Shown here: in pieces, positions 1 through 8,420 of the stretch
Numbering within the stretch: position 1 is the first letter of the stretch
Layout: the number at the start of each line of letters is the position of its first letter
Assembly (NCBI GenBank): GCA_965205535.1
Contig: CBDBHH010000005.1
Coordinates: forward strand, 2,317,773 to 2,381,772
Source of the DNA: Alphaproteobacteria bacterium
Lineage (GTDB): Bacteria > Pseudomonadota > Alphaproteobacteria > UBA6615
Direction: 5' to 3'
DNA: 64,000 nt
Translations under genes and position numbers: made by a program
The notes under the pieces: generated by a model
Database searches by the model: none
The model's input: the letters and a program-made list of their open reading frames with translations, nothing else
Told to the model about the DNA's origin: nothing

Positions 1-2083
1 CGCGTGCCTCGTCCGGTGTCTCCATGAGCGCGCCGGCCGCCATGGCCGCCTTGCGGTCGACGGGGACGGGGTCGGGCGTATCGGGCGGCGGCATCATGTT
101 GGCGTGGTAATAGGCCATGCGCTGCTTGGCCGGATCGACCTTGCGTGACGGGTCGATCTCGCGCTGGTTGACCCCCTTGGGCGCGACCGTGCGGTCGCCG
201 ACCACTTCATGATCGAACCACCATTTCTTTTTCAGATTACGCCTGCCGTTGCCCAGCGCGTCGTCCAGCCAGGTCGCGATCGGTACCATGATCGGTTTCA
301 GGAACAGGGCGTTGACCCCCATCCAGCTCGCCAGGCGGGTGAGCAGGGCGCCGTCGGTATCGACCACCTTGTTGATGGGACAGGTCTTCATGCAGCGCCC
401 ACAGGCCGACCCGTGCGGATTGGTGACACGGTAGCGCGCGCAACGTTCGGCGTCCGGCTTCCAGATCTCGTAGCCGTTGAACATTACCTTGTCGCCGAAC
501 GGGATGGCGTCGCATGGGCATTCGCGCGCGCATTTAAGGCAGTTGTTGCAGAAGGTCTGGAGCCCGAAATCGATCGGCTTGTCGGCCTCGAGTGGTATGT
601 CCGTGGTCAGCACGACGGATTTGAAGCGCGGCCCGACAAACGGGTTCAACACCAGCTCACCAATTCGGCTCATTTCGCCCAACCCCGCGAGCAGAACCAG
701 GGGGATCTGCAATACGTCGCTGTCGGCGTTGGTCTGGGCGCGGGCGGGAAACCCCAACTGGCCGAGCATGTGAGACATCACGCCGGCGATCTCCGCCCCG
801 CGCTGGTAACCGCGCATCGACTGACTGCCGGAAATCCAGTCGTCGCCGCTGGCGCCTTCCATCGTGTCGAAGCCCTGGTCGATCAGCATCACCACGGCAT
901 ATTTGTGATACATCTCGATTTCAGTGCCGTCATCCTTGTGGGAATACCAGGCATAGCGGGGGATCTCGCAAATGCCTGTCAGGTCGGCCCCCAGAAAGTA
1001 GGACAGCGACTTCAGTGCCTTGCTGTTCTGTGCCGCGTCGGAATATTTCGACATATCCGGCGCGGTTGTCGGGTTGCCATCCTGATGGGGCACCATGGCG
1101 CGGATCAAAGACACCATCGAGCGGGCGAGCGGGTGCTTCGTGGCAAACCGGGCGCGTTCGCGTTGGGCCTTGTCGCCGAGATCGCCCTGGAGGGCACGCT
1201 CAAAAAACGCCGCCCGCTTTGGCACCCGCGGGACTTCGTCATCGAGAATAAGCGTCGTGGGCCGATCAATGCGTTTGACCGTTTCCATCGGGTAGCGGCT
1301 GGCATGTGACGGGCGTCCTGCGCGGCGGTTTCGTTCGCGGCCGGACTGGGCGTCGTTGATGCCCCACCAGTAGCGCAGGCCCTTGGCATTCATCGCCTTC
1401 GCGGCCAGGGGGCGGTCGCATTCAAGCTGATAGCTGGTCGAGATGACGGCGAAGGTGAAGTTCTCGATATACGGGTTGGCGAGGCTGTCATCGTCGTTGC
1501 GGATGGCGATACCGGCCAGCACGGCGAGGCGGTCTTCGTCGAGCATCCGGTCGCCGGGAACGTCGGCGCGTGCGTCATAGCCCATCAGCCGGATATGGCC
1601 TGCAATATTGACGGCGATCTCGGTGGCCCGCATTTCGGCCGTCTCGACCACCGCGGGTTTTGTCCACTCCGCCGAGAGCGGCTCATCATCGGGCACGCGG
1701 CTATGTTCGACCATGATGACGATCGCGTGGCTGTGGGGCAGGGGCGTCGTGCCGGTTCGCCACGCGCTTTCGGGGATCAGGCAAATACCGGCCTGGCTTG
1801 CATCCAGGAAATAAGCCGCGCCCATGATGTCGACCGTGCAGCGTTTCACATCATCGGTATCGGGGGCGGTCTCGGGCGCAACATCACCGACCGCGAATTG
1901 CGCAAACATGTCGCGGAAGTTGCGCGTGACTTCGCCGAGCAGCGGCGACGCCGGGCGATCATCGGCCGGTGGGGCGGGCGGTCGTGATATTTCAAGTGTC
2001 CCGAGAGAGTCGTCTCGAGGCAACGTTTCCAGGGGAAACGAACCCAGATGAAACGGCCGATTTCCGTTCTTCAGCAGGTGCAT
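1..2083 (-). CDS. reductive dehalogenase-like protein (RdhA family, corrinoid plus two [4Fe-4S]); C-terminus runs off the window start
   Basis: Hand translation of the minus strand gives an open frame from ATG at 2083-2081 (in-frame TGA at 2098-2096) to position 1 with no stop. The C-terminal part contains FCNNCLKCARECPCDAIPF (CxxCxxCxxxCP, plus coords ~520-470) and CARYRVTNPHGSACGRCMKTCP (C-x11-CxxCxxxCP, ~455-385), the two-cluster arrangement typical of RdhA. The N-terminus has no twin-arginine motif. It is absent from the ORF track because no stop lies inside the window. Confidence 0.6.
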   Translation of the reverse strand, partial: MHLLKNGNRPFHLGSFPLETLPRDDSLGTLEISRPPAPPADDRPASPLLGEVTRNFRDMFAQFAVGDVAPETAPDTDDVKRCTVDIMGAAYFLDASQAGICLIPESAWRTGTTPLPHSHAIVIMVEHSRVPDDEPLSAEWTKPAVVETAEMRATEIAVNIAGHIRLMGYDARADVPGDRMLDEDRLAVLAGIAIRNDDDSLANPYIENFTFAVISTSYQLECDRPLAAKAMNAKGLRYWWGINDAQSGRERNRRAGRPSHASRYPMETVKRIDRPTTLILDDEVPRVPKRAAFFERALQGDLGDKAQRERARFATKHPLARSMVSLIRAMVPHQDGNPTTAPDMSKYSDAAQNSKALKSLSYFLGADLTGICEIPRYAWYSHKDDGTEIEMYHKYAVVMLIDQGFDTMEGASGDDWISGSQSMRGYQRGAEIAGVMSHMLGQLGFPARAQTNADSDVLQIPLVLLAGLGEMSRIGELVLNPFVGPRFKSVVLTTDIPLEADKPIDFGLQTFCNNCLKCARECPCDAIPFGDKVMFNGYEIWKPDAERCARYRVTNPHGSACGRCMKTCPINKVVDTDGALLTRLASWMGVNALFLKPIMVPIATWLDDALGNGRRNLKKKWWFDHEVVGDRTVAPKGVNQREIDPSRKVDPAKQRMAYYHANMMPPPDTPDPVPVDRKAAMAAGALMETPDEAR

Positions 2084-2217
2084 GGAAGGCGTGCCTCAGT
2101 GTCAGGTCGGAAGGGTGCTTCGACGCTCGAAGCGGGACCATTCTCGCGGTGAACGCCCTTAACCACAACCGCCATCGCGCGGCGACAAGTTGGCATGCAG
2201 ATTGCTCTAGAGGGGGT

Positions 2218-2430
2218 ATGAACAATCTATCTCTCATCCGTGGCCGGAATCACGATGTTGCCAATGATGTTGGCCACTCTGATGCGGACCGCGAGGCAAT
2301 GCGCAGCTGGATCACAATGCTGCGAAAGGAAGCCAAGAACCTTCGTTCCGAGGCGCAACACATGCTCGAAGTCGCTGAAGAGGCCGAAACACTGGCCGGC
2401 CGGATCGATTTTCAGCTGAAAAGCCAATAA
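2218..2430 (+). CDS. small hypothetical protein (70 aa), divergent from the rdhA-like gene
   Basis: ATG at 2218 inside ORF 1969..2430 (MNNLSLIRGRNHDV...). It is followed by a hairpin and T-run at 2504-2545. No recognisable domain. Confidence 0.25.
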   Translation: MNNLSLIRGRNHDVANDVGHSDADREAMRSWITMLRKEAKNLRSEAQHMLEVAEEAETLAGRIDFQLKSQ

Positions 2431-2503
2431 ATGCGAGCAACAGGCACGCCGGTTGCATCGTTAGGGGTAGGACACTTGAGTGTATTTGTGTCCTCCTCCC
2501 CCA

Positions 2504-2545
2504 ATAAGGCGGCGTCCAACCTGGTCGCCGCCTTTATTGTTTTCG
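2504..2545 (+). terminator. intrinsic terminator-like hairpin (aaggcggcg-N11-cgccgcctt) followed by tattgttttcg; possibly bidirectional
   Basis: GC stem of 9 bp plus a T-rich tract seen directly; an A-rich tract on the other side could serve the minus-strand Fis-like gene. Confidence 0.4.
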
Positions 2546-2722
2546 GGCCGAAACAGATTAAAACAACAATTAAATCAAATGCTTGATATGAATTATTGGT
2601 CTCGATCAGCGCTACGAACCGACCTCTGCGGGTGCGCCGCCATTGTGTCTTCGCGGTCGCAGTTTGAGACACGAAATCGCATTGTGAAACGTGATACCGC
2701 AGTCAAAATGCGAGGCGAAAGC

Positions 2723-2914
2723 CTAGTCTGCGTCGACGGCCGGGTCGGTTTCGTCCCATTTAGCGCGCTTGCGGTAGAGCGTGGCGGGCGAGACTTCCAG
2801 ATACGTCGCCGCCATACGCACATTGCCATCGCACAACTCGATCGCGCGCTCGATGGCGTCGCGCTCCATATCCTCCAACGGCCGAATGTCATCCGGCACA
2901 TTGTCCGTCGTCAT
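2723..2914 (-). CDS. small Fis-family (HTH_8) DNA-binding protein, 63 aa
   Basis: ERDAIERAIELCDGNVRMAATYLEVSPATLYRKRAKW matches the Fis/NtrC C-terminal helix-turn-helix. The start codon lies 7 bp from the IS3 element end. Confidence 0.6.
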   Translation of the reverse strand: MTTDNVPDDIRPLEDMERDAIERAIELCDGNVRMAATYLEVSPATLYRKRAKWDETDPAVDAD

Positions 2915-2974
2915 ATAAAATGGGACATCAGAGTGGTTTGAGCATTGGAGTCTCTGGCTCGTTTGTGTGATTGA

Positions 2975-3955
2975 TTATGCGGCTTGTTTCTGATGTTGCA
3001 AGCGGCGTTGTTTGATTGTGTTTTTCTTAATCTTTTCCCTTTCTCTGAGAATTGCTTTGTCGCGGCCGAAGTAGACGTCGACTGGTGTGACGTTGTTCAG
3101 GCTCTCGTGGTAGCGCCGGTTGTTGTAGTATTCGACGAAGGCCCCGATCTGGCGTTCAAGATCGCCTGGCAGATAGTAATTCTCCAGCAGAACCCGGTTC
3201 TTCATGGTCTGGTGCCAGCGTTCGATTTTGCCTTGGGTTTGTGGGTGGAACGGCGCGCCGCGAACATGCGTCATTTTTTGATCCTCCAACCAGTTGGCCA
3301 GATCGCCGGAGATGTAGCATGAACCGTTGTCGCTGAGCAGACGTGGCTTGTGACGCACAACCGCCTGGTCGCAACCAGACGCCGTCAGCGCCAGCTCGAT
3401 CGTGTCTGTCACGTCCTCAGCACGCATGTTGGTGCAAAGCTTCCACGCAATGATGTAGCGGCTGTAATCATCGAGGATCGTGCTCAGATAATACCAGCCC
3501 CAGCCAATGATCTTGAAGTAGGTGAAGTCTGTTTGCCACATCTCGTTGATGGCCGTGGTTTTGTCGGTGAACTCGTCGGCAGCTTTGATCACCATGTAGT
3601 CTGGCGCGGTGATGAGGTCAGCTGCTTTGAGAATGCGATAAGCTGATGATTCAGAGACAAAATACCGCCTCTCATCCGTGTATTTGACCGCCAGTTCCCG
3701 TGTGGTCAGCGCCTCATGTTCCAGCGCGAACTCGATCAGGTCATCACGACGAGCATCAGGGATGCGGTTCCAGACCGATCCTGGGCGTGGGGATTTGTCA
3801 GCCAGTCCATCCAGGCCGCCGTCAATATAGAGATCATACCATCGGTAGAATGTCGTGCGTGGGATGCCCAGCATGTCGAGGGTTTGTTTCACCGGCAGAT
3901 GTGATCCCTCAACGGTGCGGATGATCTCCAGTTTCTCAGACGCAGGGTATCTCAT
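2975..3955 (-). CDS. IS3 family transposase OrfB (integrase core, DDE)
   Basis: Protein with WQTDFTY...DNGSCY...QTQGKIERWH motifs typical of IS3 OrfB (rve domain); expressed as an OrfAB fusion by -1 frameshifting. Confidence 0.9.
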   Translation of the reverse strand: MRYPASEKLEIIRTVEGSHLPVKQTLDMLGIPRTTFYRWYDLYIDGGLDGLADKSPRPGSVWNRIPDARRDDLIEFALEHEALTTRELAVKYTDERRYFVSESSAYRILKAADLITAPDYMVIKAADEFTDKTTAINEMWQTDFTYFKIIGWGWYYLSTILDDYSRYIIAWKLCTNMRAEDVTDTIELALTASGCDQAVVRHKPRLLSDNGSCYISGDLANWLEDQKMTHVRGAPFHPQTQGKIERWHQTMKNRVLLENYYLPGDLERQIGAFVEYYNNRRYHESLNNVTPVDVYFGRDKAILREREKIKKNTIKQRRLQHQKQAA

Positions 3956-4326
3956 TCCTCGAACTCCCCAGCCCCTGTCATGCTTTTTTTGAGCAGACGG
4001 TTCTCAAGGGTGAGATCGGCAACGCATTCCTTTAATGCCAGCGACTCCGAGCGCAGATCCTTCACTTCGGGCGGCGTAGCCTGCCGTGCCGTGTCACCAG
4101 ATAACCGGCGCTTGCCAGCTTCGAGAAATTCCTTGGACCAGCTATAATACAGGCTCTCGGCAATCCCCTCGCGGCGGCACAGCACCGAGATGCTTTCCTC
4201 GCCACGCAGGCCCGCCAAGACGATGCGGATTTTCTCTTCAGCTGAATAGGTTTGCCGCGTCTTGCGGCGGATGTTCTTAACCACCTTGCCGGCGGCGTCT
4301 TTCGATGTCTGGGGCTTCTTCGTCAT
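3952..4326 (-). CDS. IS3 family transposase OrfA (HTH)
   Basis: RRKTRQTYSAEEKIRIV...LKKS pattern of IS3 OrfA; ends at the AAAAAAG slippery site. Confidence 0.9.
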   Translation of the reverse strand: MTKKPQTSKDAAGKVVKNIRRKTRQTYSAEEKIRIVLAGLRGEESISVLCRREGIAESLYYSWSKEFLEAGKRRLSGDTARQATPPEVKDLRSESLALKECVADLTLENRLLKKSMTGAGEFEE

Positions 4327-4480
4327 CTCGATCTCCTAATCGATAAGATGAACCAGAAATCCTCCGTTATTCAAATCCTCAATTCTGTCCCACGGGTGCT
4401 GACGTCAGACAGGGATACATGCTACAGGTGTCGCAGTCGCCTACCAAAGGCCAAAATCGTCAGTATAGGGGGGGCATCGC

Positions 4481-5101
4481 ATGACCGAGTCCAGTCTGAG
4501 GCGCTACACAAACCTTTCTGCCACGCTTCATATTTTGCAGGACAGGAGTCTCACGCTGCTCAGCCCAAGTAGTTGGGATGATAGAAATGACGCTTATTAT
4601 CTGACCGAGTATCAAAGAAGAGTCCATGCGCAGTCTGTGCTCGCTCTTTGTTTTGCAGAAGCACCCGAGACCTACCACCATTGGCGGGTGTTTTCGTCCG
4701 GCTCTGGTGGCGTATGTTTGGAGTTTGATAAAGCCAAGGTCGAAAAGTGTGTTCAGGACGATGGTCGGTTTACATGCAGATCAGTTGATTACAGGACGAT
4801 TGATGCTGCCGCGACAAAGGGTTTTGAGACAGATCAACTGCCATTTGTTAAGCGGTTTCCTTACTCGGATGAGAAAGAATTTCGCATAATCTTTGTTGAC
4901 AAGGATGATGGCAAAAATATTCAGCGGATGGAAATCTCTCTAAATGCAATCAGACGCATAACGCTCAGCCCTTGGATGCCAAGACCCCTCGCAGATGCAG
5001 TGAAATCGACGTTGAAAGGTATAAAAGGGTGCCAACACTTGAAAGTTTATCGCTCCACTCTTGTCGATAATGAACGTTGGAAAAACGCTGTTAATCAATA
5101 A
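4481..5101 (+). CDS. hypothetical protein (206 aa) in a low-GC module
   Basis: ORF with G-rich RBS (ggggggg) upstream; visibly AT-richer than flanking DNA; no confidently recognised domain. Confidence 0.5.
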   Translation: MTESSLRRYTNLSATLHILQDRSLTLLSPSSWDDRNDAYYLTEYQRRVHAQSVLALCFAEAPETYHHWRVFSSGSGGVCLEFDKAKVEKCVQDDGRFTCRSVDYRTIDAAATKGFETDQLPFVKRFPYSDEKEFRIIFVDKDDGKNIQRMEISLNAIRRITLSPWMPRPLADAVKSTLKGIKGCQHLKVYRSTLVDNERWKNAVNQ

Positions 5102-5310
5102 CTCAAGTGACTCCAATGCGTGACCCGCGCATATGGTTGTGTGGCACCGGGTCTTCTTGATGGGATGTATTGGGCGAGATAAGGGGTCTTACGCAGGTAA
5201 AGTGGCTTTCAAAGAGAGAACCCTAAAAACAGTATATTCAATAGGTTGACAGTTTTAAGTGCCTTTATCAGGTGTCGAGCGTTCGCAAAAACTAGGAAAT
5301 CTAACAATCG

Positions 5311-6387
5311 ATGGATGAGATTCCCCATACACCGAGAACGGTTTTTGTAGATACAGGCGAATACCGGTCGAAGAATTTTCATTTCGGCAACCCGGCTTTG
5401 TCGGCATTAAAATCGCATGCAAAAGAAAGAAGGGTCAGACTAATTTCGACCTCAATCACCGAAATGGAAATTCGGCGAAAAATTGCTGAATCGGTGAAAG
5501 ACGGCCTATCAAAATTATCCGGCGCTCAGGCGAATCTCGCATCTCTCCGAGATGTGCCTTCCGATGTTTATACCTTCACGCGGATCAAATTTTCTGAAGC
5601 CGGGTTGATTAGAAAAGTACATGAACTCTATGAAGCTTATTTCCGTGATTGCTCCGGAACCGTTCTGGATGCTTTTCAATGTGATGCCGAAAGCATTTTT
5701 AACGACTACTTCCACGTAAAGCCGCCCTTCAAGGAAGGCAAAAAATCAAAAGAATTTCCGGACGCTTTCGTAATGGCGACGTTGAAAGAATGGAGCGAAA
5801 CTAACGGACAAAAGCTGCACGTGATTAGCACCGACGGCGATATCAAGGCGTTCTGCGAGGTGACAGATCAGCTAATACATTTTCCGTCAACCGAAGCCTA
5901 TGTGAACTTTTTGTTTGTTGGCGAGGATATAGCCAGCGCGGAAACGCTAACCGCCTTTAACAGGATGAAACCCAAAATTGAGAAACGAATTATCGACTGG
6001 GTTCCCAACAATTTTGGCGACCTCGGCTTTGTAATCGAAGACCAGTATGACGGTGAGGTTTCTAATGTTGATGTACACGATACGGCCATCGTTGATTGGT
6101 ATGTATTGGATGTAAGCGATGACCATGTTCATGCCGAGGTGAAGTTAGAAGTGGAATTTGAAGCGGAATTTTCGTATCCCGACTACGACACTGCCTCATA
6201 CGATAGTGAGGATAAGGTGCTCATACCATGGCGCGACATTTCAGGCTCCAAGTTGACGACAACTACCGTGATGGCCGAACTTCACTACAAGGTAGATCAC
6301 AAAAAACCTGAAAACTCTGCAATCGAATCTCTGCAGTTGCCGACCCTATCAACTATCGAGATTGATGTCGGAGACGAAGGCCTGTAG
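5311..6387 (+). CDS. PIN-like domain protein (DUF4935-like N-terminus), 358 aa, acidic C-terminal half
   Basis: The N-terminus TVFVDTGEYRSKNFHFGN...RLISTSITEMEI resembles PIN-like/DUF4935 openings. Low-GC context. Family assignment is from memory and not verified. Confidence 0.45.
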   Translation: MDEIPHTPRTVFVDTGEYRSKNFHFGNPALSALKSHAKERRVRLISTSITEMEIRRKIAESVKDGLSKLSGAQANLASLRDVPSDVYTFTRIKFSEAGLIRKVHELYEAYFRDCSGTVLDAFQCDAESIFNDYFHVKPPFKEGKKSKEFPDAFVMATLKEWSETNGQKLHVISTDGDIKAFCEVTDQLIHFPSTEAYVNFLFVGEDIASAETLTAFNRMKPKIEKRIIDWVPNNFGDLGFVIEDQYDGEVSNVDVHDTAIVDWYVLDVSDDHVHAEVKLEVEFEAEFSYPDYDTASYDSEDKVLIPWRDISGSKLTTTTVMAELHYKVDHKKPENSAIESLQLPTLSTIEIDVGDEGL

Positions 6388-6462
6388 CCTTTCCGATGAG
6401 AAATATGTCACAGTATATTACACAGTGAGTCTGTAACTCATTGAAAAATAACAAGAACAATA

Positions 6463-6520
6463 GGACTTAAAATCCCTCGGCCTCACGGCCTTGCCGGTTC
6501 AAGTCCGGCCGCCCGCACCA
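6463..6520 (+). other. tRNA 3' fragment (type II tRNA, Leu-like; variable arm, T-arm, acceptor 3' strand, CCA), putative island attachment-site repeat
   Basis: ggcctcacggcc (variable-arm hairpin), gccGGTTCAAGTCCggc (T-arm), cgcccgc-A-CCA (acceptor plus CCA) ending at 6520. No matching 5' acceptor strand (gcgggcg) or D-arm upstream, so this is only the 3' part. Confidence 0.45.
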
Positions 6521-6554
6521 AATTCCTTCTATTGGTACGCTGCACCCTGAAGGA

Positions 6555-7238
6555 TCACGCGGCGTCCGCAGCGTCGCGGGCGCGGGCGTTGAGGTCGTCG
6601 AAATCATCGGGCCAGTTGTCGGCGAGCCAACGCAGATAGGTCTTTATGTTCGCCGGGTCGATGCGCACGGAGCCCCGGATCTTGTCCACCTCGGGCTGCG
6701 CCTCGATCGGCAGCTTCAGGGAATCGTTGAAGCGGTTGATCATGTTGAACATCGCGCAGATCAGTGTCAGCTCGATGATCTCGGCTGAATCAAACTGCGC
6801 CTCTACGCGCTCGAACACGTCGTCGCGCGCAGCGGCGGTGTTCTTGGTCATGTGTTCGGCCCACTCGATGGCGGCGCGTTCGCGCGCGTCAAACAAGTCA
6901 GATGTCAGGTAGTCGTCGGACGAGATGGCAATCACCTGGTCGTGTGAGATGCCGGCCGCCTCACCGAGTGCGGTGTTGTGGGCGTAGCAATATTCGCAGC
7001 CGTTGACGTGGCTGGTCTTGATGATGACCATTTCCTTGAGCTTCGATGACAGGTGCACGCCCGGCCACTCGCGCTGGTTAGCAGCCTGGAAGGGCAGGTA
7101 CAGCATCGCCAGGTAGGGTGCATGCGCCATCGTGCGATAGGCGTTCGGGACCCGGCCGACGAGGCCCGTGACCGCGTCATAGAAATGCTTGAGCTCGTCC
7201 GGGGCATTCTCGGGATTGATGTTCGGTACGCGCGACAT
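6555..7238 (-). CDS. carboxymuconolactone decarboxylase family protein (AhpD-like, CxxC)
   Basis: HVNGCEYCYAHN motif and 227 aa length; strong RBS AGGAGAGAAAGC before the ATG. Confidence 0.8.
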   Translation of the reverse strand: MSRVPNINPENAPDELKHFYDAVTGLVGRVPNAYRTMAHAPYLAMLYLPFQAANQREWPGVHLSSKLKEMVIIKTSHVNGCEYCYAHNTALGEAAGISHDQVIAISSDDYLTSDLFDARERAAIEWAEHMTKNTAAARDDVFERVEAQFDSAEIIELTLICAMFNMINRFNDSLKLPIEAQPEVDKIRGSVRIDPANIKTYLRWLADNWPDDFDDLNARARDAADAA

Positions 7239-7255
7239 GCTTTCTCTCCTGGTGC

Positions 7256-8242
7256 CTAGTCGTCCGCCCAGCGTTTGGTGTCATTCCAACTCCGCTTGGG
7301 CTCGGTAAACTCAGTCGGTGGATTGTTCATCTGTATGAACTGTTCCACAAGGGCAGATACGGTCTCCGGCGCATCTTCCTGAAGATAATGCCCGACGCCC
7401 GGCAGGGAAATAAGCGGTCCGTTGGGCCAGAAGCTCTTGAAGCGGAACTTCACCCAGTGGGGCGGCATGGCCCGGTCTTCCTCGCCGACGATGCACATCG
7501 CGGGGATGGTCTTGAGCACATTGATGTCGTGGGTCTCAGCCATTTCATTGAAAAAGCCGAACGTGTCCGGGTTGGCGATCGCCCGCGGGAAGGCCAGCGC
7601 GCCGCGGCAGGATTCGACGGTCGGGAAGGGGCCGGAGAAGGCGCGGACCCAGGTCTCGTCGACATGATTGGTATTCTCGAAGCCGACACGCTTCATGACC
7701 GACAGGATGGTCGAGCCGAGATGGGACAGGGTCGGCTCGAACTCGTGGGTCTGGGTCCAGTTGAACCATTTGTGGTGTTCGGTCGGGAAGGTGGCGTCCA
7801 TCGGCTCGTCGGACCAGGGCGCGTAGGTGTTGCAGATCGCCAGGCATTTGACCCGGTCGGGGTGGCGCAGCGCAAAGCTGATGCCGATTGAGCCGCCCCA
7901 ATCCTGCATGATGAAGGTGATGTTGCGTACATCCAGATCGAGCAGCAGCCGCTCCAGATTGTCGGCGTGATCGCGGATCGAGTAGTCGCGGTCCTGTGGC
8001 GTTTCGCTTTTCCCGAAGCCCATATGGTCCGGCACGATGACCCTGCCGACCTTGCTTAACCGGGGGATGAAGTTCCGGTAGAGGTAGCCCCAGGTCGGTT
8101 CCCCATGGAGGGGGATGATGACGTCATCCGCGCCATCGGGCGCGTTGTTCACATCGACATAGTGCTGGCGAAAGCCATTGCCCTCGAAAAAATGCGGCGC
8201 GTACGGCCAGGTGCCGTCGAATGTCTCGTCTGCCGGTATCAT
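7256..8242 (-). CDS. dhlA: haloalkane dehalogenase, HLD-I (DhlA-like) alpha/beta hydrolase
   Basis: LHGEPTWGYLYRN...HMGFGKSE...QDWGGSIG (Asp nucleophile and Trp) closely parallel Xanthobacter DhlA. Start reassigned to MIPADETF with RBS GGAGAA, since the track ORF is over-extended to 8356. Confidence 0.8.
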   Translation of the reverse strand: MIPADETFDGTWPYAPHFFEGNGFRQHYVDVNNAPDGADDVIIPLHGEPTWGYLYRNFIPRLSKVGRVIVPDHMGFGKSETPQDRDYSIRDHADNLERLLLDLDVRNITFIMQDWGGSIGISFALRHPDRVKCLAICNTYAPWSDEPMDATFPTEHHKWFNWTQTHEFEPTLSHLGSTILSVMKRVGFENTNHVDETWVRAFSGPFPTVESCRGALAFPRAIANPDTFGFFNEMAETHDINVLKTIPAMCIVGEEDRAMPPHWVKFRFKSFWPNGPLISLPGVGHYLQEDAPETVSALVEQFIQMNNPPTEFTEPKRSWNDTKRWADD

Positions 8243-8420
8243 GATGTTCTCCCTTATTGGCATACAGCCTAACAATGGCCGGAACCGTCGAACTATGGAT
8301 AAGTTCCGCGTCTCAATGCCTGAGCGCAATCCATTCTGCCCACACGGCCCTGACAATCGTCGCCAGACAGCCTATTTTCAGGGGCACCTATTCGTTTGAC
8401 CTCACGTCGGAGCCTCCGCA

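Larger units (their letters stand above)
2921..4391 (-). mobile_element. IS3-family insertion sequence (~1.47 kb) with orfA/orfB and a -1 frameshift site
   Basis: OrfA (HTH/leucine zipper) and OrfB (DDE integrase core) on the minus strand. Slippery A AAA AAG heptamer at the orfA/orfB junction (~3958-3965 on the minus strand). Imperfect terminal inverted repeats TGGGACAtcagagtggtttgagcattggag (2921-) and the reverse complement of ...ctccgttattcaaatcctcaattcTGTCCCA (-4391). Exact ends are +/- a few bp. Confidence 0.75.

Noticed and set aside
209-1309. 366-aa plus-strand ORF, the longest ORF in the first 2 kb.
   Set aside because: It is antisense to the hand-translated RdhA-like gene. Its product is Arg/Gly/Ala-rich with no motifs and shows the typical GC-rich shadow-ORF composition.
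1595-2430. Plus-strand ORFs 1595..1987, 1824..2051 and the N-terminal half of 1969..2430.
   Set aside because: They overlap the RdhA-like gene on the opposite strand. Only the 3' portion (2218..2430) lies in intergenic DNA, and it is kept as a low-confidence small ORF.
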